A stretch of 64,000 bases of DNA from Myxococcota bacterium (GCA_040386535.1 JAZKFH010000019.1:226186-290185), one strand, 5' to 3'. Counted from the stretch's first letter, positions 1 through 16,087 are shown. The notes: a model not told the origin generated them from the letters alone. Translations and numbers: made by a program.

Positions 1-223
1 GCCCGTCGACACCGGCGAGCCCGTCGACACCGGCGAGCCCGTCGACACCGGCGAGCCCGTCGACACCGGCGAGGCCCCGGTCGACGACACCGACGCGGGC
101 AAGCCCGCCGAGGAGGACGAGGCCAGCAAGGGCGCGTGCGGCTGCGGCACCAACGCGTCTCCGGGCGGCCTGCCGGCGCTCCTGGCGGTAGTCGCGACGC
201 TCCGTCGCCGTCGCGTCACGTAG
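1..223 (+). CDS. C-terminal end of a MYXO-CTERM-type surface protein (5' truncated by window)
   Basis: Frame +2 reads (PVDTGE)x4-APVDDTDAGKPAEEDEASKGACGCGTNASPGGLPALLAVVATLRRRRVT*: acidic linker, CGC, hydrophobic stretch, RRRR; TAG at 221-223. Confidence 0.8.
   Translation, partial: PVDTGEPVDTGEPVDTGEPVDTGEAPVDDTDAGKPAEEDEASKGACGCGTNASPGGLPALLAVVATLRRRRVT
2..73 (+). repeat. 18-bp coding tandem repeat CCCGTCGACACCGGCGAG x4 (may extend left of window)
   Basis: Four identical units read directly; encode PVDTGE. Confidence 0.95.
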
Positions 224-282
224 CACACCGTACGATCGGGCCTTTCGCTGATGAAAGCGCCCCACGAGGGGGGACGGCCCCT

Positions 283-750
283 TCAGCCGCCAGTGAACCC
301 GTCGAAGGTGCTCTTGAGCAGCTTTCGGCTCTTTGGAAGCAGGGGCCTCCGCAGGAGCAACCACGCGATGGTCACGAGGACCAGCGCCACGGAGCCGGTG
401 GCTGCCATGGCGAGACCGAGGCTCTCCAGCCAAGGCAACCCGGACAGCCGCTGGATCAGCCCCACGATCGCCACCCCGCCGAGCAGGGCCGTGATGAAGA
501 GGGAGACGCCGGCGCCGAGGAGCAGGAGCACCCCGCTGGCAACCCGTATCGCTTCGTTTCCGGCTTCAGCCCGGATCACCATCACGTGGGCCTGGAAAAA
601 GCCCGTGAAGGAACGAATCACCCAACGCAGGATCTTCAGGTAGGGGGCGAAGCGCGAGCGCATGCCATCCGTCGGATCCGCGGCGTTTGCGGCCCCGTCC
701 ACAGGCGCGCTCGCTTGGGGCTGCTCGGTCGGATCAGGAGGCGTCGGCAT
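283..750 (-). CDS. Phage-holin-like (Holin-X/YqjE-type) two-TM membrane protein
   Basis: Two hydrophobic helices and a C-terminal LLPKSRKLL segment; directly follows a DUF883-like gene, the usual context for this family. Confidence 0.6.
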   Translation of the reverse strand: MPTPPDPTEQPQASAPVDGAANAADPTDGMRSRFAPYLKILRWVIRSFTGFFQAHVMVIRAEAGNEAIRVASGVLLLLGAGVSLFITALLGGVAIVGLIQRLSGLPWLESLGLAMAATGSVALVLVTIAWLLLRRPLLPKSRKLLKSTFDGFTGG

Positions 751-1255
751 CACGACCCTCCTCTCGAGCATCCTTGTGGGGGAAACCCAGCGCGCCGAGG
801 AACAGACCGAGCATGAGGCCCAGGCCCCCGGCGAGCAGCAGGGCCACGCCCAGGTGCTGGCGCACGGTATCCACCGCCAAGGGCGTCACGTCCGCCTTCA
901 CCTGTTTGGTGAGGTCCTCGACGTGGCTCTCCAAGCTGACGAACAGCCGTTCGAGCGGGTCGAGGGGCCGCGGCTCCGGCTCGCGAGCCGCCCGGCGGGG
1001 GCGCGGACGCGGCTCGGGGGGTGTTTCGAGCTCGGCCATGAGCTCGCGGAGGAGCCTCCGGCTGACCGCGCGTGTGCGACCGGTCTGCTCGGCGACGAGC
1101 ACCACCACGAGCTCGAGCTGACCCCCCGTCGCGTCGAGCGCGTCGGCCTCGAGATCGGGCCACTCCTCCAGGATCGGCTCCCGCAGCTCCTGGAAGAGCG
1201 CCTGGAAGCGCCCCGCGTCCGGGTTCGGTGCTTTGTCGGTCAGGGGAGGCTCCAC
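734..1255 (-). CDS. CsbD-like N-terminus fused to ElaB/YqjD (DUF883)-like tail-anchored protein
   Basis: ILEEWPDLEADALDATGGQLELVVVLVAEQTG resembles CsbD; C-terminal VRQHLGVALLLAGGLGLMLGLFL resembles the DUF883 anchor; GTG start at 1255 inferred. Confidence 0.55.
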   Translation of the reverse strand: MEPPLTDKAPNPDAGRFQALFQELREPILEEWPDLEADALDATGGQLELVVVLVAEQTGRTRAVSRRLLRELMAELETPPEPRPRPRRAAREPEPRPLDPLERLFVSLESHVEDLTKQVKADVTPLAVDTVRQHLGVALLLAGGLGLMLGLFLGALGFPHKDAREEGRDADAS

Positions 1256-1333
1256 GTGGCCGCTGTCAGGTAGCTTGGATCGTCGCCCAGCGCGAACCCG
1301 GCAGGAGTTCCTCGACACCGCTCCGGGCCTTCG

Positions 1334-1918
1334 TCACACCCCCGCCGGCCGCGTGACGAAGATGGCGTCGTACCAGTTCGCGTACCTGGTCAGATACGCC
1401 GGCAGCGCGAGCTCGGAGACACGCCCGTGGAAGTGGTCCCCGACGACAAAGCGACGCTCCGCGCCCCCGCTGTAGAGCCCCATGTGCCAGACCCACTCGG
1501 GCACGCCGTCGACCGTCGCAATCGCGGGCTCCGCCGGGTTCTGCGTGGGCCCGAGGAGGAAGATCACGTCGCCCGGCTTCAGCAGGCTCCAATCGATACG
1601 CTCGGTCGGGACGCCGGCGAGGCCCTCGACCGAGGGGCCGAGCTGCCGACGCGCCACGATTCGTGTCGGGTTGACCGATAACTTGCGCCAGCTTCCGCCC
1701 GTCGCATCCGCCCAGGCGAGGAACACCAGGCCCATACAATCGAGCTGCTCCCCCCGCCCACCGAAACGATAGGGCCGGCCCATGTACTGCCGCGCCGCGG
1801 TGACGATCGGCGTCGCGATCTCGGGTTCCACGGCAGGGGGCGCCTCTGTGGCTACGGGAACGGGACTGTCCACAGGCGCGATGTCGACGGTGGAGCAGGC
1901 GACGAAGAAGGCGAGCAT
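1334..1918 (-). CDS. NlpC/P60 family cysteine peptidase, lipoprotein
   Basis: ARQYMGRPYRFGG...LDCMGLV, PGDVIF, HMGLY motifs; N-terminal MLAFFVAC lipobox. Confidence 0.85.
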   Translation of the reverse strand: MLAFFVACSTVDIAPVDSPVPVATEAPPAVEPEIATPIVTAARQYMGRPYRFGGRGEQLDCMGLVFLAWADATGGSWRKLSVNPTRIVARRQLGPSVEGLAGVPTERIDWSLLKPGDVIFLLGPTQNPAEPAIATVDGVPEWVWHMGLYSGGAERRFVVGDHFHGRVSELALPAYLTRYANWYDAIFVTRPAGV

Positions 1919-1951
1919 GACGCTGGGACAACCGTGGTGGATCCAGGTTCC

Positions 1952-2641
1952 CTAACCGTCACGCTTGGCGCCATCCGTTTCCGCGGCGGCCGCCAGGGCT
2001 CGCTGGTCCAGGAGCGCCGGTCCGAGCAGGTCGAGACACTCCGCGAAGACCTGGCTCGGGGTACGAGTCCCGGCCTCCGAGTGCGCGGATTGGAGCGCGA
2101 GGCGTCCGGCCGTCACGACGACGCCGCCCGCGAAACGCGCCTGCAAGGAGTCGGCGGGGATGCCGAGGCGCTCCGCGACGATCCGTGCGAACGCTGTCTC
2201 CGCCTCCGTGACGACCTGCAGCCAGACGGCGGCGAGCCGCTCGGTCTCGTTCAGGACGGTCAGCAATGCCTCCCCTTCGTGCGCCCGCGCGGCATCCAGG
2301 ATCTCGGCATGCGCGGCCACCAGCACGTCCCGGAGCGAGCGCGTGCGGGGAGCCGCCTGGACCCGGGAGAGGATGTGCTCGAGCCCCGCCTCGACATACG
2401 GCCGGATCGCGTCCTCCTTCCGGGGGAAGTAGCGGTAGAAGGTGCGCTCCGAGAGGCCCGCACAATCGGCCAGCTGCCGCACCGAGAAGTTGCTCGATCG
2501 CTCCCGCAGGAAGAGGGCGACGACCGCTCTGGACGCCTCCAACACCGCCTGTTCGCGATCCCGTTGAGCGGAAAAGCTGGGGAGTGAAGCTCCAGCGTCC
2601 GGCCCGGTGACCTCCGCCGGCAGGTTTGGTTCGCGGGTCAT
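1952..2641 (-). CDS. TetR/AcrR family transcriptional regulator (MftR-like)
   Basis: HTH FSVRQLADCAGLSERTFYRYFPRKEDAI; helical C-domain. Confidence 0.9.
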   Translation of the reverse strand: MTREPNLPAEVTGPDAGASLPSFSAQRDREQAVLEASRAVVALFLRERSSNFSVRQLADCAGLSERTFYRYFPRKEDAIRPYVEAGLEHILSRVQAAPRTRSLRDVLVAAHAEILDAARAHEGEALLTVLNETERLAAVWLQVVTEAETAFARIVAERLGIPADSLQARFAGGVVVTAGRLALQSAHSEAGTRTPSQVFAECLDLLGPALLDQRALAAAAETDGAKRDG

Positions 2642-2659
2642 GGCCGCGCCGTTAACCCT

Positions 2660-2678
2660 CGTGGCACACACTGCCACG
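2660..2678. promoter_or_regulatory. Palindromic operator CGTGGCA-N5-TGCCACG upstream of tetR
   Basis: Perfect 7-bp inverted repeat about 20 bp upstream of the tetR start. Confidence 0.65.
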
Positions 2679-2711
2679 CTGCCGCGCACGCGAAGCCCGC
2701 GCACCTGGCGC

Positions 2712-3188
2712 TCACCCGCCGAGCGCCGCCCCTACCTTCTCCATCAGCCCTTGCACCCGGCTCCGCAGCGTACCGCTGATGAACGACTGTGGCACCATCA
2801 GCTTCGTCTTCATCGAGAGGCGGTACTCGATGCGGCTGCCTGCGCCGTCGGGCATCACCCGCCATGAGGTGGTGTAGTCGGTGAAGGCGTTCGACGACCG
2901 GAGTGTGGCGAGCACCCCGTCGGCGGTGGGGCATTGGCGCGTGGCGTAGTGCGCCTCGACCACCACGGTCGGCGTCACCGCGTCAATCAACAGGCACGCG
3001 CCGTCCCGCCCGGTGACCGTGACCTTGGTGCCTCCACCCTCGGTTGCCGACACCCAGGCCGGATCCGACACGCGGCTCCGCACCACGTCGACCGGCGCCC
3101 GCACCGACACCGTGCCGAGGACCGACCCGTCCTCCAGGAGGACCGAGGAGGGGCCTGCCAGCGCCGCGCCGACCAGGAGCGTCCACAT
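2712..3188 (-). CDS. Secreted SRPBCC/START-domain protein
   Basis: GGAGG 8 nt before ATG at 3188; MWTLLVGAALA signal; TSWRVMPDGAGSRIEYRL helix-grip-fold pattern. Confidence 0.7.
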   Translation of the reverse strand: MWTLLVGAALAGPSSVLLEDGSVLGTVSVRAPVDVVRSRVSDPAWVSATEGGGTKVTVTGRDGACLLIDAVTPTVVVEAHYATRQCPTADGVLATLRSSNAFTDYTTSWRVMPDGAGSRIEYRLSMKTKLMVPQSFISGTLRSRVQGLMEKVGAALGG

Positions 3189-3330
3189 CAACCCCACCTC
3201 CGGGGCCCTTCTACCCCAGCGTGAGCCGAGCCGGGCGGCGCACGGTCACGAACATCAATCGGTGACGGACACGGCGCCGCGCCCCTGCACACGTCACCGT
3301 CCCTTGCGCTCCTCCGCGGTCGCTGCTACA

Positions 3331-3348
3331 TACAACCATATGGTTGTA
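3331..3348. promoter_or_regulatory. Perfect 18-bp palindrome TACAACCATATGGTTGTA, ArsR autoregulatory operator overlapping the ATG
   Basis: Self-complementary AT-rich site in GC-rich DNA, centred on the ArsR start codon. Confidence 0.8.
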
Positions 3349-3672
3349 GAACTGGACTCCGAGCTGAGCCGCGTGTTCCGTGCCCTCGCCGACGCGACCC
3401 GCCGCGACATTCTCCGGCGCACGCTGGTCGGCGCGGTGTCGGTCAGCGGGCTGGCCGCGGACTACGACATGTCGTTCGCGGCGGTGCAGAAGCACGTCGC
3501 CGTGCTCGAAGAGGCGGGGCTCGTCGCGAAGGTCGCGGCGGGGCGCGAGCGGCTCGTCCGCGCGGACCCCCGACAATTAGCGCGCGCCCGGGCCTGCCTC
3601 GACGAGCTCGAGGTGCTCTGGCGTCACCGACTGACTGGACTGGATTCCGTCCTGTCCGAACCCGAGGAGTAG
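3340..3672 (+). CDS. ArsR/SmtB family transcriptional regulator
   Basis: VFRALADATRRDIL...MSFAAVQKHVAVLEEAGLV. Confidence 0.9.
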   Translation: MVVELDSELSRVFRALADATRRDILRRTLVGAVSVSGLAADYDMSFAAVQKHVAVLEEAGLVAKVAAGRERLVRADPRQLARARACLDELEVLWRHRLTGLDSVLSEPEE

Positions 3673-3675
3673 AGC

Positions 3676-4659
3676 ATGCCAATCACCTCCGTTGTGTCCG
3701 ATCCGACAACCCTCACCCTGACCGCCACCGGCGAGTACCCGATCCCCGTGGACCGCCTGTGGGCCGCGTGGGCGGATCCCCGCAAGCTCGAGCGCTTCTG
3801 GGGGCCGCCCGAGTGGCCGGCCACGTTCACCCGGCACGAGATGACCGAGGGCGGACGCGCCGAGTACTACATGTCCGGCCCCAACGGCGAGACCAGCCGC
3901 GGCTACTGGCGGTTCGTGCGGGTCGACGCCACCCGAGCGTTCGAGGTCGTGGACGGGTTCGCCAACCCGGACGGCAGCCCCGACCGTGACCTCCCCGAGA
4001 CGCGGATGCAGCTCCGCTTCGAGCCCACGCCGACCGGGTCGCGCTTCGTTGCGGTCTCGACGTTCGCGAGCGTGGAGGCGATGGAGCGGCTCCTCGCGAT
4101 GGGCATGAAGGAGGGCCTCGCGGCCGCGCTGGCGCAGATGGACGACGTGTTGGCCGACCTGCGGGATCACGCCGCCGGCTTCCACACCGCGCTCGAGGTG
4201 GTCGACGACACGCACGCGGTGGTCACCCGCGACGTGCGTGGCTCGATGGAGCAGGTCTGGCGCTGTCACCACGATCCGACGCTGCTCCAGCGGTGGCTGC
4301 TCGGGCCGCCCGGGTGGACCATGCCCGTGTGCCAGGTGGCAGGCGAGGTGGGCGGGACCTACCGATACGAGTGGGAGGACGACACGGGCGGGAGCCGGTT
4401 CGGCTTCACCGGCGAGCTGCTGGAGAGCGAGGCCCCGCGCCGCGCGGTCACGACGGAGCGCATGACCGGCACGGATGGCCCCGGCACGGTCAACGAGCTC
4501 GTCCTCTCGCCGCGCCCCGGCGGCCGCACCCGCATCGAGGTTCGCATCACCTACCCCTCGAAGGAGCTGCGGGACATGATCCTCGGGACGGGGATGGTGG
4601 ACGGGATGGAGGCCTCGTACGCGCGGCTCGAGGAGCAGGTGTTGGGGCAGGCCGCGTAG
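3676..4659 (+). CDS. Tandem SRPBCC (AHSA1-like) domain protein
   Basis: Two domains: RLWAAWADPRKLERFWGP and QVWRCHHDPTLLQRWLLGP; 3 bp after ArsR. Confidence 0.9.
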   Translation: MPITSVVSDPTTLTLTATGEYPIPVDRLWAAWADPRKLERFWGPPEWPATFTRHEMTEGGRAEYYMSGPNGETSRGYWRFVRVDATRAFEVVDGFANPDGSPDRDLPETRMQLRFEPTPTGSRFVAVSTFASVEAMERLLAMGMKEGLAAALAQMDDVLADLRDHAAGFHTALEVVDDTHAVVTRDVRGSMEQVWRCHHDPTLLQRWLLGPPGWTMPVCQVAGEVGGTYRYEWEDDTGGSRFGFTGELLESEAPRRAVTTERMTGTDGPGTVNELVLSPRPGGRTRIEVRITYPSKELRDMILGTGMVDGMEASYARLEEQVLGQAA

Positions 4660-4985
4660 CGGATCCAGGGGGTACGCACCCCCGTCGCGGCCCGAAGGAG
4701 CCCTCGCTGCGAAGTGTCACCAAGCGATGAATGTGAACGAGACTCGTTCGATCTTGTGCGCTGAATTGGTGGGGGCGGAACGTGGCGGTCGTCCGCCGCC
4801 GGGCTGGCGGAGGCTCGTCTGTCGCGTTCCGACGTTGCATTCCCCCGGCGAGGTCCTCCTGGAGTGGGAACGGTCCCGGAGGACCGGCAGTGCTGCGGGC
4901 GAGGACGGCGCGGTGGGCCCACGATCGCGGGATGGTTCGGTGTCTGGGGCCAGGATACTCGGCCGTCTCATCCTTGGAGTCCCGG

Positions 4986-11987
<7,002 letters not shown>

Positions 11988-11989
11988 CC

Positions 11990-12550
11990 ATGAAGACCCG
12001 GTTCAACTCCAGTTCAGGCTCGGGAGACGCCGCGCCCCGGATCCTCGCGGTCGACGACGATCGTCGGAACCTGCTCGCGCTCGAGGCGGTTCTCGACCCG
12101 CTCGGGCTCGAGGTGGTCACGGTCACGTCGGGCGAAGACGCGCTGATCGAGGTCTTGCGCTCGGAGTTCGCGCTCATCCTGATGGACGTGCAGATGCCGA
12201 GCCTCGACGGGTTCGCCACCACCGCGCTGATCAAGAAGCGGCAGAAGTCGGAGCACATCCCGATCATCTTCCTCAGCGCGATCAGCCGCGACGACGAGCA
12301 GATCTTCCAGGGTTATGCCCACGGCGCGGTCGACTACCTGGTGAAACCGTTCAATCCCCAGGTCCTCCGGGCGAAGGTCGGCGTGTTCGTCGAGCTGTGG
12401 ACCCAGAGGCAGATCGTCCAGCGGCAGGCGCGCGAGATCGCGAGCCTGGAGCTGGAGCTGGTCTCGCTCCGCTCGGAGGGCAGCCAGTCGGAGCCCGCGG
12501 ACGAGCTGGACGATGGGGGGCGGTTTCCCGAGGGGGGAGAGACCGACTGA
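11990..12550 (+). CDS. Response regulator, REC plus coiled coil without DNA-binding domain (OsaB-like)
   Basis: ILAVDDD, ILMDVQMP, GAVDYLVKPF; starts 2 nt after the kinase stop. Confidence 0.88.
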   Translation: MKTRFNSSSGSGDAAPRILAVDDDRRNLLALEAVLDPLGLEVVTVTSGEDALIEVLRSEFALILMDVQMPSLDGFATTALIKKRQKSEHIPIIFLSAISRDDEQIFQGYAHGAVDYLVKPFNPQVLRAKVGVFVELWTQRQIVQRQAREIASLELELVSLRSEGSQSEPADELDDGGRFPEGGETD

Positions 12551-12654
12551 GCCCGACAACCGATTGTTACATCGGTGGTCGGGCCTCGACAGGAGGGAGC
12601 AACACGAACCCGGCGGCGCCCCGTGTATTGGTTATCCCTCTTTCAGGAGGTCCA

Positions 12655-12888
12655 ATGCCCCAGTCCCCCGCTCGCCCGTTGTCCAGCCACGAGCGCATGG
12701 AGCGCATGTTGAAGCAGCAGCCGAACGACGAGCTCAAGCAGCCGTCGTCCAGCGACGCGAACCAGAAGGACGACCGCTCCCCGGCGGCGCCCCTGCCGCT
12801 CAACGATCCGGACGGCACCGACGACCCCGCTCCGGCCGCGATCGAGAATGACCGTGGCATCCAGGACCGTTTCGGCTGGAAGCCCTGA
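12655..12888 (+). CDS. Small hydrophilic hypothetical protein (77 aa)
   Basis: AGGAGG at 12645-12650 then ATG at 12655; MPQSPARPLSSHERMERMLKQQ...RFGWKP. Confidence 0.6.
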   Translation: MPQSPARPLSSHERMERMLKQQPNDELKQPSSSDANQKDDRSPAAPLPLNDPDGTDDPAPAAIENDRGIQDRFGWKP

Positions 12889-12930
12889 TTTGGGTCGGGC
12901 GGCCCCGGCGGCCGCCCGGCTCCCCCTGTC

Positions 12931-14496
12931 TCAATCCACCAGCACGTACGCAGCACCTCCGCTGGTCGCCCCGGACGACTCGAACGGAGCGCCCACGACG
13001 AGCTCGTCGTGCCCGTCCGCGTCGAGGTCACCGGTCGTGAGCGCGGTCCCGGCGCGGTCGCCCGCGGCTTGGCCGAGGAACCAGGCGTCCGCCTCCGTGA
13101 TGGCATAGCGGCCGGCGCTCGGCGCGTAGAAGTAGTACACCGCGCCCGCCTCGGCGCCGGCCGTGGCGTCCCCATAAGCGCCGAGCACGAGCTCCGCGGT
13201 GCCGTCTCCGTCGCGATCGGCGATGGCAAACGCGGAGCCCGCGAATTGCCCCCCGCCTGTACCGAGGACGGTGATGTCGGCGTCGGCCACGTACCGCTCC
13301 CCCGCGGCCGGCCCGAACACCACGTGCGCGGCGCCCGCGGACTCCCCCGCGGTCCGGTCGTACGTCTGGGCGGCGATGTCGGCGAGCCCGTCGCCGTCGA
13401 GGTCACCGCCCATCCCGATCTCGACCCCGGCGGAGGTGTTGGGGTCGACCCCCAGGATGCGGCCATCGGCGTCCGCCAGGTCCGAGTACGCGTCGCCGGG
13501 GCCGTACACGACGTACACCGCTCCGGTCTGGGGGCCGTTGAACGCCCCGAAGGGCGCCGGCACGAGCATGTCCCCCACGCCGTCCCCGTTCACGTCCCCG
13601 CCGGCCCGCACCCACCGCCCGGTGTACGACCCCTCCACCTCGCCGACGAGCGTGACGTCGGCCGTCGTGGCGAGGTCGTGCTCCCCGGGCGCGAGGGGCC
13701 CGTACGCGACGTAGACAGCGCCGCGGAAGCGGTCCACGCCGTACGCGCTGACGATCGCGTCGTCGAAGCCGTCGCCGTTCACGTCCGCCAGCTCCGAGCC
13801 GTGGCCGGCGTAGCTGTCCTGGGGGCCGAGCAGCACGATGTCGGCCTCGGTCTCGAGGGCCACGTCGCCCGTGACCGGGCCCGTCACCACGTACAGGCCG
13901 GCGCCGGAGTAGGGCGCGCCGAGGGCCACGTCGGTGATGCCGTCGCCGTCCAGATCCCCGAGGGCGACCGAGCGCCCCGTGCCGTAGGCCTGGCTGCTGC
14001 CCGAGATGTAGAACGCGTCGGTGTCGAGCGCCACGTCCCCCACGATGGGCCCCGGCACCACGTAGGCGCCGCCGCTGTCGGCGTACAACGTCGCGACCAC
14101 GAGGTCCCCGATGCCGTCGTCGTCGACATCCCCGACGCGCACCTGCCCGGCCGACTGGGCGCCGGCCCGGGACGACGTGAGCTTGATCGCCTCGTCGAGG
14201 GAGTGCTCGCCCTCAACGCCGCAGACCGCGTCGCGGCCGCTGCAGTCAGCGTCCACGCCGTCCCCACACACGTCTTCGGCCCCTGGGTGCGTGGTCGCGT
14301 CATCCGGTGCGCAGTCGGTCGCGTCGAGGACCCAGCCCTCGGCCGCGCAAGCCGTTCCTGCCGCGTCGGGATCGCCGAATCCGTCGCCGTCGGCATCGGC
14401 CCAGCGGGTGACCGGCACACAGCCCGTGTCGTCCGCGGCAGGCTTCTCGTCGGGGTAACCACAGGCCGTGAGCAGCAGGAGGGCGAAGACGCGCAT
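12931..14496 (-). CDS. FG-GAP / integrin-alpha beta-propeller lipoprotein with a MopE-like Ca/Cys motif
   Basis: MRVFALLLLTAC lipobox; DADGDGFGD...HPGAEDVCGDGVDADC; repeated GDLDGDG...LGAP...GAVYV. Confidence 0.88.
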   Translation of the reverse strand: MRVFALLLLTACGYPDEKPAADDTGCVPVTRWADADGDGFGDPDAAGTACAAEGWVLDATDCAPDDATTHPGAEDVCGDGVDADCSGRDAVCGVEGEHSLDEAIKLTSSRAGAQSAGQVRVGDVDDDGIGDLVVATLYADSGGAYVVPGPIVGDVALDTDAFYISGSSQAYGTGRSVALGDLDGDGITDVALGAPYSGAGLYVVTGPVTGDVALETEADIVLLGPQDSYAGHGSELADVNGDGFDDAIVSAYGVDRFRGAVYVAYGPLAPGEHDLATTADVTLVGEVEGSYTGRWVRAGGDVNGDGVGDMLVPAPFGAFNGPQTGAVYVVYGPGDAYSDLADADGRILGVDPNTSAGVEIGMGGDLDGDGLADIAAQTYDRTAGESAGAAHVVFGPAAGERYVADADITVLGTGGGQFAGSAFAIADRDGDGTAELVLGAYGDATAGAEAGAVYYFYAPSAGRYAITEADAWFLGQAAGDRAGTALTTGDLDADGHDELVVGAPFESSGATSGGAAYVLVD

Positions 14497-14522
14497 GGCG
14501 CCACCATAGCCGGCGCTACGGG

Positions 14523-15110
14523 CTATCGGTCCCCGAGTCGCCGCACCGCCGGGCATTGCGCCAGGTCGTCCACTCCGAGCGGCTCGTCGGGCAGGCGCAC
14601 GCGCTCGACGCCGGACTGCGTGCGCTCCACGGGCAACTCGAAGCACATGAAGTGCCCGGAGATCTCCTGGACCGCGGCGCCGTCGAAGGGGACCGAGATC
14701 GTGCCTGGGCGGTCCGGAGACCAGGCCGAGAACGACTGCGGGCCGGCAAGATCGGTCTGAATACCGACCAGCTGCCACGCTGTCGCCTCCTCCTCGACGG
14801 GCCCCGCGAACGCGAACGCGAGCGTGACGTAGAGGGCCCGCCCGATCGTGCCGATCGACCATCCGCTCACCGCCAGGGTGCCGATCATGAGGAGGCGCCG
14901 GGCGAGGCGTGGCATCGGGAGCCCGCCCAGGACAAAGACCAGGGCGGCGGCGACCATGAACCAGGCAAGGATCCCCGGTAGCACGCCGACCATCGGGACG
15001 GGGCTGACGAGCGAGGATGCCGCCCCGCGCGCCGCGAACGCGCCGAGCAGGAGCGCGGCCATGCCGCCGCCGAGGACCAGGATCAGGGTGCGAGGAGGGA
15101 TGGAAGGCAC
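14523..15110 (-). CDS. Hypothetical membrane protein (3 TM plus small Cys-containing domain)
   Basis: Three hydrophobic segments; fills the gap between neighbours on the coding strand. Confidence 0.6.
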   Translation of the reverse strand: MPSIPPRTLILVLGGGMAALLLGAFAARGAASSLVSPVPMVGVLPGILAWFMVAAALVFVLGGLPMPRLARRLLMIGTLAVSGWSIGTIGRALYVTLAFAFAGPVEEEATAWQLVGIQTDLAGPQSFSAWSPDRPGTISVPFDGAAVQEISGHFMCFELPVERTQSGVERVRLPDEPLGVDDLAQCPAVRRLGDR

Positions 15111-15179
15111 GGTTCGGGCTCCGGACGGCGCCTAACCGATCGAAGGGGCCCGATCCGCCACCGCCGGGCAAGCCAGGGT

Positions 15180-15194
15180 TGGCAGAAACTGCCA
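15180..15194. promoter_or_regulatory. Palindrome TGGCA-GAAAC-TGCCA, same core as the tetR operator
   Basis: Inverted repeat in the divergent intergenic region, 38 bp before ATG 15233. Confidence 0.55.
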
Positions 15195-15232
15195 GGGTGG
15201 ATACCCTCCGGTCGTCCCCCAGGAAGTCGACC

Positions 15233-16087
15233 ATGAGCACCGCGTTCCAGCCCATGTCCCCCGAAGAGAAGGCCCGGTTCCACGACACGTACCTCGCACA
15301 CCTGCGCGCGAGGGACGGCGTGCCCGACCTGGCGGCGCAGCGCTTCGACATCCGCGAGCGGTTCTTCGCGCGGATCGACGCGTCGCCGATGTGTTGGAAG
15401 GGAGCCCCCCCGGTCGATCAGGGCGTGTTCGACCGCAACTACGCGCGGCGCTCCCCGGAGCGCGGCCTGGACCAGGCGATGTTGTGGGCGCTCGCGACGG
15501 CGAAGACCAACCGGGCGGAACGTTTCGGCGTGGAGCGCGAGTTCGAAGCCCACGGCGTGCCGGCCAACGCGGCCGACAATCCGCACGTGTACATCCAAGT
15601 CGAGGAGTTCTACCACACGCGCATCCTGGAGGACGCGCTCGCCGCCATCGGCGTGAAGGTGTCGGTGTCCAAGCCGGGACTCACGACACAGTTGCTCGTG
15701 CGCACCATGGTCCATCTGCCCGACACGCTCTCCGACGTCGCGGTCCTCTGCGGCGAGATCTTCGGGGTCGCGATCTTCTCGCTCCTGCTGGACAAGGCGC
15801 GTACGCTCTTCGCGGCGCAGCCCGAGGCGCTCGCGCGCATCGAGACGTTGTTCGCCCAGATCATGGTGGACGAGGTGGGGCACGTGCACTTCGTCCGCAG
15901 CCGCCTCTCCGCCTCCCAACTCGCGTGGGCGAAGCGGCTGCTCCCCCTCGTGGTTCACGGCGCGCTGGACGATCTCCCCGAGCTGGTCGTCCTGTTCGGG
16001 CGGAAGCAGATCGTGCGCCATGCGGTCGCGGCCGACGTGGATGCGGCGGCGGCGCCGTACCCGGATCGATTCGTGTTCGCGGCGTAG
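15233..16087 (+). CDS. Ferritin-like di-iron protein (putative oxygenase/desaturase)
   Basis: Spaced carboxylate/His ligands: RAERFGV, VEEFYH, CGEIFG, VDEVGHVH (two ExxH motifs). Confidence 0.7.
   Translation: MSTAFQPMSPEEKARFHDTYLAHLRARDGVPDLAAQRFDIRERFFARIDASPMCWKGAPPVDQGVFDRNYARRSPERGLDQAMLWALATAKTNRAERFGVEREFEAHGVPANAADNPHVYIQVEEFYHTRILEDALAAIGVKVSVSKPGLTTQLLVRTMVHLPDTLSDVAVLCGEIFGVAIFSLLLDKARTLFAAQPEALARIETLFAQIMVDEVGHVHFVRSRLSASQLAWAKRLLPLVVHGALDDLPELVVLFGRKQIVRHAVAADVDAAAAPYPDRFVFAA

Noticed and set aside
2..73. Short direct repeats as a CRISPR array
   Set aside because: No spacers, in-frame coding repeat, no cas genes.
283..1918. Holin plus NlpC/P60 as a prophage lysis cassette
   Set aside because: No phage structural or integrase genes; the holin-like gene sits in its usual DUF883 context and the NlpC/P60 protein is a lipoprotein.
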